A stretch of DNA of 64,000 nucleotides from NCBI RefSeq assembly GCF_026571515.1, contig NW_026852806.1, forward strand, positions 62,001 through 126,000, given 5' to 3'. The position numbers were made by a program, and so were the translations under genes. The stretch comes from Ruditapes philippinarum. Its lineage: Eukaryota. The notes under the pieces are model-generated. The model saw nothing but the letters and a program-made list of their open reading frames with translations. It ran no database searches and was not told the origin of the DNA. Shown here piece after piece: positions 27,401-40,700 of this stretch (positions are counted from its first letter, which is position 1; each line of letters starts with the position of its first letter).

Positions 27401-30400
27401 ACCGGCGATAGCTTAGCTTCTAGACATGTTTCAATAGACAGCCAGGTCTCGAAAGGAAAAGAATATCTACAAAGACACATTTTATCAATCAAAACTGAAA
27501 ATAATGTTACAACTTCGTTAACGGAGAAACATAAAGCAAAATATATAGCAAAACGTAGCATTAGTATTGATTGCTTAATGCAAAACTTAGACTAAGAAGA
27601 GAACGACTCTGAGTTTGAAACTATGTAAACGTATTATATCATAATATAGCACAAGAAACGATATTTCTAAATCGGTATTCTCATTCCGTGTATTGGAATT
27701 TGATCCTATTTATCAATAAAAGTCTAATTTTATAAATGTGAAGAAGCAGATGCTTAACTAACGTGTTTTGTCGTTGCAAATCATACACATCAACTTGATT
27801 AAGGTACCATGATGCAAAATTGCCATTTCCACTATTGTCATGCCATATATGAAGACTCTGCAAATCACCAAGATCCTTATACGTCGACATTATAAATGAC
27901 ATTACACTGCCAGTGCTAAACTCCTAGAAGGATTTAAAGGAAAATAGGTATAAGTATTAACTCAACTCAATATGCAAGAATGAGTTGAAACGCAATTGAA
28001 AAAAACATGTTTCAGTATCAGCACAAACGCAATTTATTTGCCAGCAAAGTGGGGTGATGACTTTATTTGGTGATATTTTAAAAGTTCATTTTTTCACTGC
28101 AAATTTCTTTACAATGAATGAATAATTACGATTTGTATTGGAATTTGTATTGGAATTTTTTACAATGCTGATATCATTGACAAAGACATATTTCTTGATA
28201 TACACATAAATTAGAAACTGTAGTTTATAGAAAGATAAATTGTCAGACTTACCTCTCTTATACCATCAAATAATTCTCGATTACCGGATATGTCATATTC
28301 ACCGCTCAAATGAAAAGCAACACGAGACCTTGTACCATCTCCTCTACGCATGCCCGTAAAAACTCTTATTACATAAAAGTTTTGATCAGTGATGTAATTG
28401 TCGCGAAGTGGTGTTATAACCCACTGGAACCAAAAATATATAATAAAAAGGCGGTGAACTTTTTGGGGATAATAGAATGTACTGTTATCTTTCATCTTTG
28501 CATTTAAAATTGTATTCATTGCTTTTATATTTTGTTTCTTTGTCACTGGATTTTGTTTTTTTTTATTTAAGAATGTTTTAGACTTCTTGTGATAATACAT
28601 TATATTAAAAAATAATGTTATGTGACATCAGAATTTTACCCTCTGGTGTAAAATATGATGTTAGGCATAATAATATTTCTCATCGTCTTTTGTTTGGAAC
28701 AAAAGTATTTAAACAGTTTATATGCGGATGTTACTTTTCAAACATCATAACAATGTCAAATTCATGGTAATATAGTTTTATAAAATTACGAAAATTATCT
28801 AAACAAAGGATCATTTAATTTACAGACCTTTAATTTATCTTTTCTGTCAAGTCGAGCAAGAAAAATCACTGAAATTATGTAGATGGTGAAGAGTCCAGCA
28901 AGGGTACCGAGAACAGCAGCTTGGTTTAATGGGGAGAACTTTAGAAAAACGGTTGAAAAATCAATAGCATTTGGAGCAACAAAGAATGAATTTCCAAAAA
29001 CCATATCGGCCAATCCTTGACAAAGACAAACAATTTTGACATCTTCCCGCAACCAATCAATAAGCTTGAATAAAAAAGGATATAAAATAAAGCAAATAAG
29101 ACAAGAATAAGACGATCAATTTCTATCTAATGAATAAAATGTGGTAAGTTTTCATCAATCATCAACAAATCTTTTGGGAATTTAGTGATGAGAATTTAAT
29201 GTAATGATAAGTTATGAGGAACCTGAATCATCCGAGATTTGTGCTTAAAAGTTTTCTTTGTACTGTTTTGTTGGTTTCGCTGGTTTTTATATTACCCAAA
29301 TAATTAACCTTATAGGTATTTACAAAGATGACGTGAAACATTGTTTCCATTATCATTTGGATCATTAGCTTTCAAAACAAATAACTGTTGTGCAATTATG
29401 ATATTTTTCGTACCTGGCACTTCTTTGCATTCCATTGTGATTTTTCCTCTTCCCATGTAAGGCATCCCATTGTTGCTATCGTTATGTTATAATCAAATGT
29501 TTTGTCTGAAAAGAAAAGTAATGAATAATTATATTTAACCTCCCACACAAAACGGGTTTAAAAATTCATCATTTGTTATTACTTTTGCAAAGAAGACAAA
29601 TTTACAGTTTCTTTGAGATAACTGTGACCTAACAGTTATGTTTCACTTGACACAGATATAAATAGCCCTATTATCACACCCGTTAACAGCAGCGAGTAGG
29701 ACAGCTTGATGCAGGCAGAACTTACTACATAAATGTCAATTTTATATCGGAATAAAACTTTTTTTGATATACGTGTTCTTCAATTTCACAAGTAATAATT
29801 TATATATATACCGGAAATCATGGCGAATACAAACAGTCATATGTGTATCTTATAAAAAAATTTCACGGTTATAATGAGAATGTACAATTAGTTCTACAAT
29901 GAAATCACATGTCAGTACCTTCTTCTGGTTCTGAAATGTTCCTTTGTAAGCTCCCTGTGTCAGTTTTGGATACACCTGTAATTATTAAAATAAATGGCAT
30001 ATGAATGCATAGTTCAATGTTTGCAATATATTTAATGTCTTGTTTCACTCTACTTAACATGCCTTTTGTATTTCATCCATTTTTATGACATTTTTTTACA
30101 AATGTTTTACTCTACCATTCATATAGAAACGACCACTTGTCATAGGAAATACTCTATCTCCATTTTTTATGCTAATCAATACTTACAAAAGTTATGCTCA
30201 GTGATCTTTTGACATTTGTCACTCAAACAATGATCATCATTCGTTTACATATATTTTCAAACCTACTTACATCAGAAATGCTTACTCATATACGGAGGCT
30301 GATTCCAAAAATAATCATTAAGCAAGTGTCTCTTAATATAATGAACATGCTACTCACTAATTCCTTGAAAACTTATTGCCAAATAGGTAACTCCAGTGTG

Positions 30401-31673
30401 TCCTTTCATACGATGTGAATCAATGCACGCTTGCCAATTCGTGTTTTCAAACACACGGAATTTGAGATCATAATCAATTAGAGAAGGAGGTTCGCTGAAT
30501 TTTATATAAATAAGATAACTTTTTAGATCCTGATTTCCGAGAGGTTGAACAACGACACAAACACTGTCAGTACTTTTTTGATACAGGAATTTATGGTACA
30601 TAAATTGAGAGGCGTCTTCCTGGTCCACATGAGGTGTGATATGTATTGGTTTTGGAGTAATGACCTTTTGTTCAAAAGTTATATGTTTAGCTGTAACGCG
30701 TTGCTCAGCTGTTTTTACGTCTAATCGTAGCACACTTGAGGTTATAAGACTTGATGTTCCGTCATTATCATACATGTACACATTGTCTTTGAACTCAAAT
30801 GCCTAGAAATATATACTATGAATTACTATCAATAACTTTTTGGCTATGATTAATTGATATACTATCACGCAAAGTATCAAAGTTGTTTGCTCAATAAAGC
30901 ATTATTAAAGTAGATAAAACTTGTCGTTTTTGTTTTTAAATACCTGTAATGTACTTCTTTTAATAAAGCTACTCTAAATTCACGTTTGAATTCTCCTTTT
31001 TGCTAAGAAAAATGTAAAACATTTTATGTGATGCTGGAATTTCTTATTCTTAAAAGTCAAAAAACTTATTCAAAACTTGTAAAATTTTACCGATACTGAT
31101 ACTTGTGTTTGGTCACAACTCTTATTATCATGCAAATCAATACCATCTAGATTGAAGGCGGATGTTTTGGTTTTTGTCATTTCGTTCTTAAGTTTACATG
31201 CATTTGTGTTTTTCAATAACTGCTTATCTGTGCCGGAAGCATGGTTATCACAATCTTGGCATTGTTTTATTCTATCTTGAATATCTTTTGCCAAACTGGC
31301 TGCTGAATGTGCAGCGGCTTTTGCCTGTAGTACAAAATCATTGTAAAATAACAGAACAATTGAAGATCGCACAGAAGGTAGAAAAAAAGAATAAAGATCA
31401 ACAGAATGAACATGTATATTTAACCTAAATGATCACTTATGTTACAAATATTTTGTATTTATACCGAAACTTAATAAATCTAATAATATTTCGTTACAAT
31501 TGTGTACAAATTCAACAAAACAAAAATAAATATTCAATGGAAAACGATAACATCACGATCAAATAATTAGTATATATCTTTCTGTTTCATTTTGACTCAT
31601 TCAAATCTGGCAATAACAATAGAGGTTTTGTATCTATTTTAAATCGTTTATAAGATGCAGTGGTATCAGACGC

Positions 31674-31706
<33 letters not shown>

Positions 31707-34700
31707 CTTCGTCGTCGTCGTTGTTGATGCTGCTGCTGCTGTCGTTCTTGTAATTAAGGCAAACTGAATTAAAGAGCGTATCCAGAAGAAATCAATGTTT
31801 GAAAGTGAAAAAGACATTTCAAACATAAAATATACCGACAACATTTTGTTTTAATTTGTTCAGCAATACTTATATGGAATATTACATTTTCTTTCGCTTC
31901 ATCTATGAACATATAAAGTTGTCGTTGCAATTTCAAGTAAAGTAGTGCTCTTTCTTGCGGGGATAAGGTTGCTGTATAGATATTCAAGTCGTGTCCAACA
32001 ATAGATAGCATGTCGTCAATCTGTGATGAAAATAAAAACATGTACGCAATTGTTAACTACGAGCAAGTTGGTATTTGACCGAGGCCATAGATGATTGGGG
32101 GCCATAGAAGCCGTTGCTGATACCGAGGTCATATTGACCAGGAGATAGCTGGCTGGAGGCACATGGACCGATATGATAACTGATCAATTTCATTCGCTAT
32201 AGAGCCAATTACTGTTTTAATTTACGGAAGTTTATCATGTATCAAAATCTTATAATGTGAACGAAATGAGGAACACAATAGTGGAAAATTAACGCATATT
32301 CTAACGTGAATTTACACTTGATAGAGTTGACAACATTTCAAAATGGCCATCAAAAGCTTTTGGGGGGTGGTGGTGATGGAGGCCAATGACATCAAGTTCA
32401 CAATATCAATTATGTACATTCTGACATATGAAACTGATATTTATACATTTCCATATTATCATATCTGATGCATTGCACTGTGTATATCTTCAGTTGACCG
32501 GTATTGGTCAAGGGAACTGTATACGCTAGCACCAGATACGGTCATCGACATTCTAAAAGTCTCTGAAACAATATATTTAAATGTTTCTGGCCCAATGTTT
32601 TTCAATGTCTCTGAAATAATAATTTTGAATATCTCTGGCAGAAGTGTTTTAAAACTATTTGAAACAATCATTGATATGTCTCTGGGTGAATATATGCGTA
32701 GCTGAATCATTGGTATGCTATATATTGTAAAAATAGGTATGACTAAAACTGTTGTGCAAAATTTCAATGCATTTTATTTTTCTATACTTGCGCATTTAAT
32801 CCATAAAAACACAACTGCACAGAATATTGCTATTTAAATGATTGACAGTAAATAAATGAATGTTTAAAATGTATTGCATCGTAGAGAATCATCAGCCATT
32901 ACGTTAATCTGTTTATAATCAAGCTCTATGGAAATCTATTTCCCAACTATATAAGAAGAGTGAGGGTTCGGTTTGTAAATAGAAAATTAATATGTTCATT
33001 AAAGGATTGTTTCAACGTTTTGTTAACTGTTAGAATAAACTGCGGAATGTTCTTCGTCACTTATCTGATCAGGATTTATAGTGTTAGTATTGCAAATTTT
33101 GTGTTTTGATATCAAAATCCATTCAATTTTGAGTTGAATATTTCAAATGCGCGGCTAATTTTGTCATGCAAATTTACCAGACTAAATTAAAAAAGTAGTT
33201 TGATAACTCTATTGATTTACTAAGTAAATATCGAATCAAAGGCTCTTTAAAAACGTACCCTGTAACATGACAAAAACCTTTTGTAAATGAATGTAAAATG
33301 AATAAATATAAAAGAAGCACAAGTTTACCATCAGTGACTTCTTGAAAATTTTCCGCACTGTCAAGAAATAAATTAATCGATCCAGTGATTTCTACAAGAT
33401 GAGCTAAACGGCCCTGAAATTAAACCATGTTAAATGTATGTTTTATGTTAAAAACAAGAATATAGTACAAATATACATGTATATAAAATAATAGCAACTT
33501 TGAACCAAATACCAAAATTATATAACTCTCGATGACAGTTATCATTTCATTGAAATCGTCTTCATAAAGTTTGTATTTATTCGGCCGGAGGGTTTGTACA
33601 TGTTTAACATAAAATTACATGAACATTTTCCAAGCTAAAATTCGACTTGTTTTGAAACCGAAAACATCGAACCGTTGTGGCTTCATCTAGGAATTCCGCC
33701 CTCGCTGCAAGATTTGAAAATGCGTTTGTTGCAACAGAAAACATCATTCTGTCGGTAATGACCTCTGGGTGTTCTGTTTCTTTCGTAGAAATTTGTGTTA
33801 CAATGTCTGTCATGTTTTTAAGGAACTGAAAATTGAATTATGATATTGTTGACACCTGGCATTTTCAACATAGAGGTGAACATTTGCATGTTCCTGTATT
33901 TCATACAAAGGATTGTTCTCTCTAACCCGGAAAAATATGTTAAATTAACCTAATTGATACATACCTAAATTAAGAATAGATAAATGGTAAAGATGGTAGA
34001 TTATCATACAATCATATCAATTAACATTTTCTTTGAAATGTTGTTAATGTAAACAAACGCTATTTATGTACTGAATACATTACCTAAAACCCCTAAACAT
34101 AACCATTGATCTACAAATTTTTTAATATCTCCTAATTTACTATTCATGTTTACACTACAATGTTACTCCCTGTATGATTATAATAACCTATTTGTATTTT
34201 CATTAAATTTTCATTTTTTACATCCGCCTATATGACTGAAATACTGTTAAGAAAAGGCGTAAAATGAAACAAACAAACAAACATTTTTTACATTTTAAGC
34301 TGGAGACCTATGTTAAATGAGTATATGAATAATGAAATAGGTAAAACATAATTTAAAAATTGATAAGACATATTTACAATTAATACTGGATATTAAGGAC
34401 ATGCTATTACTTAAATTCAAAATAAAAGTTTGTCATCAAAATCGTTCGAACACGTTGCCATTCGCACCAATAGTTTAAATCATAAAAGACATCTCTTTTT
34501 AAATTGATCGTATAAATACAATATAATCAAGAATAAAAGCTATACAAACAGCAGGGGCGTAATTATCTTCCTTAGTTTGCTTACAACACATACAATCTGG
34601 TCGTCTGCAAAATGCAATAGTCAATATATACGTATATGTCATGGATACTTTTTTAAAATATTTTCTAGCATATTGCATTGTTATTATTTGCCGAGTTCAT

Positions 34701-37700
34701 TTTTGGCGCCTATAACACTCAAAACATTTCCTATGAAGTACAAGACAGAAACAACCACTGGAAACAGAAATACGTTTACCTCTTGCAATGTTAATGTTGT
34801 TGGATTCAGTGTTTTGTTCAAGGCCTCCTTCAGCGTGTCTTGCAAATTCGTTATATTACTATTTCCGTATTTTGACAGGTCAAGAATTACGCCATTCCCT
34901 TCCGCGTTTAAAACGCTTTGAACAACAGGCTCTTTTTCCTTTAACTGAAAATTAAAGAAAGATAGTGCCATTTTTTGTTTGTTTGTTTGTTTGTTTCATT
35001 TTACACCTTTTCCCAACAGTATTTCAGTCATATAGGCGGGTAGTTTCCTAACCATCGTTCCTGGAGAGTTACACCAGTACTAGACTACCTTCCTCCGTGC
35101 TAAACTACCAAAGCATCTCCTGGGGATCGAACCCACGCCAGAGAGGTAATTGGATAAGAAGTCATCGGCTCTAACCCCTCGACCACGGAGGTTCCATACT
35201 AATAATATGAAACATAAGTCTATTTGTCTTTAAAATTTATTTGTTTTTCTTATTTAAAACAAATATTGCAATCCACGTAATGCCTCAGAAACAAATTAAA
35301 AAGGGGCAAACACAAATGATAATTTCAATTTGTTAAAAAAATGATTTAAGAGAGTATTACATAGTTGTTACCTGAAGAAAGTAATGGTGAATGAGAAATA
35401 ATTTGTCATGAAAGTAGCAAAATTTGAACAAAGTTGTATTTTGACTTCCATACAAAATATTATTTGCCTTAACCTGTACTAACTGCCAAAAAGCAACAGA
35501 TGAAAAAGGAAATGTTTGGTAATTGGCCAATGAGAAATCTTTTGGATACTATAATAGTTCACCAAAATTAAGTCTTTTGAGAAATAAAATAAAAGCATTT
35601 CTGAGGTATATATGCCATTAATTTAATGACCAAATTCATTCAAGAATTAATATTTGGTATGTGGATGAAAACGAAACTTTCACATGGACACTGGTTGCTA
35701 TGCTTTAAATAATTTGAACTATCCAGTGTGCTTTTATGTGCCTTCACTGGTATGAAATAAAATTTGAGACAACCTTGATTATGATTGGAATTGATATAGG
35801 AATCTAAACGCCCTAACGATATTCTATTTTCGCTATGACTTACCTTTATGAAGTATACATTACTACACACGGCAGAAATGTAATACATTGTGAGAGCAGG
35901 TCTATTTATGGCGGATATCAGAAGGTCCAACACTACAGAATATTTCCCATGGATATAGTCACGAACAACCTGAGCTCCTGATTCCGTTGTATCTATATCT
36001 TTGATATTAAAAACGGGCCTTGACTGAAATAATGGTCAGAACTTAAAATAAGAGACGAAGAGTTAAGCACATATTTATACTAATGTAAAGTTTAAAATTG
36101 TCATAAACTCCGTCAATTAAATCAATATGTTTATTGTTAATATGTATTTATGTACATAAGCCATTTTCTCTGAATATGAAGGAACAAATATGAACAATCT
36201 TAGTTAAGACAACAAACAGATAATTTCGATCTTATTGACTTACCACAATGTTTAGAATGAACACTTCATTGAAGTTGTTGTAAATATCTGCTATACGGAT
36301 GCTGATTGATGTTTCGTAATTTCTTTCCGGGTTTCCTAGTTTTAGTATAACGTATGCCTCCCGTTCACCTATGAATTATATTTCAAACAAAGGTGTTCTG
36401 AATAATGTATTATGCAAATCTATCCACTTGTTTAATATTTGTCTCAGTGACACTTTTATTCTTTTAAGTATATAAGGCTTTTACAAAGCTATGTGATGTA
36501 TACTAGACAAATTGCTGATGATGCGATTTTTTCCGACCGCAACTCAAATCTTTTAACTAAACGATGAATAATGAAAATATCCTTACGTTAAAATATTGGC
36601 CGACCAAGTAGTTCTTTTATAATTATATTCAATCTAACGGGTAAATTACGAGGGGTATATTTTAATTAGTGGCAACGGCAGCGCATTTTGTAATTTGGGT
36701 ATATTGCTTATTAACTGGTAGAGGGCGCTTCCGACGGCACTGAGAGTTTCGAACCGGTAACCGCAAAGGCAAGATTTGATGTATGGATTGAATCAAAAGT
36801 CACAAGGAAAGAGGTCAGGACTATAAGCGGGATGTAGCAAAACGTCAATTCTCTGCTCCTCTAAATAAGCTTGAACCAAAGCTGACCGGTGGCAGGTGCA
36901 TAAGCATGGGGTAATTTTATCTTGCGCACCCTGGACCTTGGGTATTTTGTTGTAAAGTAGTGATTAACTTCGGCAGTGAGTACATGACCACTATAAAATG
37001 TTCAAGTGACACTACCCCTCTGGGGCACAGCGTCACGGGCCACTATTCCATCACTGTCAAAATTCGATAACTCTTTTAAAGCTTCTGCACGTCGAGCAAC
37101 AACTGAGCGATCGCTACTTTTACCTACCCACATTTTATTATGTTTATTGTTAGGCTCAAAAAGAATAACGCCACGTTTCATCCCCTGAGACAATTTCTCA
37201 CAATCGTCGAGGGTCTAGGATCTTTGAACCTCGTCAATAAGACCGAGGCTTTTTCAGCCGGGTCCTTGCGGGTTCCAAAGGGCGCATATTTTCCCTAACT
37301 CTAATTTTTCTATCAAGATGGAAAACACATATGGCGAACTAAGGCCCGATATGTCACTTACCGTCTCCACGGTATACCTTGCATCTTCATCAACTATGTT
37401 TTTGACAGTCCTGATGTTTTTCTCAGAGGTAGCAAAAATTAGCCGCCGAAGGCGGAAATCATCCTTAAAATTAATATTGAAACTTGCCGGCAATAGTACG
37501 ATATGGAAGGACATTTTCTCCATAATCTAAATCTAGATCCGTTATTATTTCTGACGCGCATTTACCTTATAACCTGCGAAGGTCTTTGCTCCTCTCTAAA
37601 ATGATAATTCAACTCCATGTTTATAACCAGTATACAAAAACACATGTATCTAAATGACCTGCTAAAATTTTAATGCACGTGTAAATCGTGCAAAAATAGA

Positions 37701-40700
37701 CTGTTGGTTAGAACAATCATTAATCTTTCCAACATGTACTTTCACGTGCATATCATGGTACCACTGATTAAAATTTGCCCCTCTATGAAAAACACAATAA
37801 CAAAACGCATTCAAATGATAATGGTCTAACTTTTCTTATTATTAACTCATCAGTTTTGAAAGAACATTGACGGGATAAATCGCTCATAATCGTCTTGTAG
37901 TTCAATACTCGGTCCGGGCTTGAGTAAAGTAAAGAAAATAAAGTTTCAGCTATGTGAATTGGTCCTTGACCTACATTTATCATCTACAGGGCATGTGTGA
38001 AGATTCAGAAAATACTTGCTATAGTTGTAGGGACGGAAATAGTATTGACTCAAAGAACTGGTTCACATACAGATTTAGCGCGATTCAGAGACTGTTAATT
38101 TTGTTACGATTTTAACAGCCATTCTGGGATTTTTCATTTTACAGTATCCTATTTGTTCTGTTATTTTTTTCTATTTTCTTGTATATGATTTGTAAACAAA
38201 ATTCTAAGTAGTTAGTATCATATGTTGAATTTTGTATGGTCCTGACTTGAATAAAATATGTCCACAAATAACTAATTTATACCGAAAAGTGTGCCAGGTT
38301 ATAAGTTCCTCTGGGTGTATATTAAACTATTTATAAAAAAACGTGACGTGATACATTAGGATGTCTAACCAAGTTTTGCGTCTAGCTTTCTAAACGAATT
38401 GGTAGTATAATGCAGGATAGAATATAAGGGTAATTTACCTCAATATCTATATTTTATAGCAACACATCAGTATTTTCTTTTGGCGTGAATTGACCTTACG
38501 AAATGACATTACTTCAATTCACGATCAGGGCTGAGAGACTGGTCCTTTGAGGTATAGATTATGAAAATTATTCCGTTTTTGCACACAATCATAACGTTAT
38601 AACAGTGATTACCCCGCTGTGTTATGCGTTCCTTTTCATTATAAGCACCATCTGTTACTTGTAGGACTGTATAAGTAAGTGAAGGGGTTTTATTTATGAT
38701 GTTATTTGTTGTCAACCTTCTACTCCGGGTGCTCCATGACTTACATCGTAATTGTACCAAGTCGAATGCAGACTCCACTATGTAGAAAAAAACAACACTT
38801 TTTTAAGAGTATTTTTAGTAACTTGACTTTATTTTCTATTATCAGCTTTTTGTGTTAACCCTTTGATGATATAAATATATAATTTCCAAACTTTTCAACG
38901 GATGTAAACAATTTATAACAGTTCTGAAACAATAAACTAAAAGTAGCATTGCCATAGCCCCATAAGGCACATTGTCTCACCTGTAGCTATACTGCACACT
39001 GCACATTTCCTTACTAATGTTTATTCAACTATGAAGTTTCGTGATGATATCTCCTATAGTCTTAAAGCTATTTTACAGACTTATTTAAAAAAACAGGCAA
39101 AAGAAAGTTACGTTGTTAGGTATGGTTCCTTTCATGAATAACAATTATGACGTTTGATAATGAAAATACCTCCTTTGAATTTGAGTATTTCTCCTGAGTA
39201 ATAATAGGTCGGCATTAAACGCTATAAGGTAAGATTATTCCAGAATGTATGTTTGTTGGGTCGGAGGGGATATGATGATTAGCGTCAATTTATTCAATTG
39301 TGAAATCCTTAGAACTACACTTCAATGAATGAGCATTATATCATGTTGTTTCATCAGCGAAAATCAACAGGAACTAAAACTTACCATTAGATTTATCAAT
39401 TACGCACGTGCCTCCATGCGGAACATAATCAAAGGTTCTTTTAACAGCAACAGTATTGCTCAACCTCCGATCAGCTGAAGTGACCTTGACCTCGAAAATG
39501 TAAGTATTACCCTCTAATATTTTATCTTTGTGTATTGTCATTGACTGTTCGCCTACAACATAGAGAGAAAAATGTCATACAATGCCAAATACAATGTAAT
39601 CTAAAGCATGCTATAACACAGTGCTACCATGTCTACAGCGATACCTCTGAAATTTAATCGAACTGAGTCTGCAACATGTTCAGTTCTTAGTATTTTGCTA
39701 TGTTAACCATGTAGAACTCCTGCTCAATTCAATCTGCTAACACCAATTGGCAGAAATAATATCGTGAATGTTTTACCTTTAATTATTATGTGCGTATAAG
39801 CAATTTCATTATTCGCAAGAATCTCGGAGAAGAGGCTTTTAAGTGTTTACCTGTTTTATCAATCACTCCCTCAAGCCAGGCAAAAGTGTCATTTATCCAG
39901 GTATAAACATTCCATTGATACTTGAAAAATGTCCAATTAGCGGTCATATTGACCTGTGTATCGAGTGTCAGCATGTCAAAATTGATGAAGCCACCGTGCG
40001 TTGCATTGCAGTTGTATACGCAGCTAAAGAAAAAAACAAAAGTAAAAAGGTAAACATTGCAATTGTAGGTAATGAAGACAACATTACAATCGAAGTTATA
40101 GAATGTACTTCTAACCCCGCGCTCGAACGTACACAACTCATTATTCTTCAAAAATATTACAAAATCACATGAATACACTTGCGAAAAGGAACTACATCAA
40201 TAGAGGCCGATTTAAACTCTACCAAACTTCAAAAAAGTAATAGGTCGCAAAACATATATGATAGTATTTTGAACATCATCAGTTCCACCCAGTTATCTTG
40301 AAAAACCGCAAGAATGTGAATAGAACACGTGCATTTTGCAAAAGTATCGCAGAATTATGCAAATGAATAATGAATGCCATGACGGACATGTGTGAATAGG
40401 TACTATCATGGTTAGCGGACGGTTTACACATAGGGCTGTTGGAACTTTCTTTTTAATGCTCATATTTCCTGCAAAGTCTTTGCTTCTCAAGATCGTTTGT
40501 GAGAATGAAGACCTGGGTATAGCATTGAATACGACTACTTTTCGTCGATAAAGATAATTTTCAAAACTTTTCCTTATCGGTTTACTAGAAATATGACATG
40601 TGCCGAAGAGAATAAGTATGTAATATTATACTGAATTGAAGAATCAAAATGTTATTCAGGCATTTTTTATCAGGTACGTAACCAGATTAATCTCAATTCA

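Noticed and set aside
32021-32464. U12-type AT-AC intron to explain the AT donor
   Set aside because: The donor is ATATGATA rather than ATATCCTT, and the acceptor is AG.
34585-34604. 20-nt candidate microexon with good splice sites
   Set aside because: Phase 0-2 would break the frame; exons 22 and 23 already join in phase 0.
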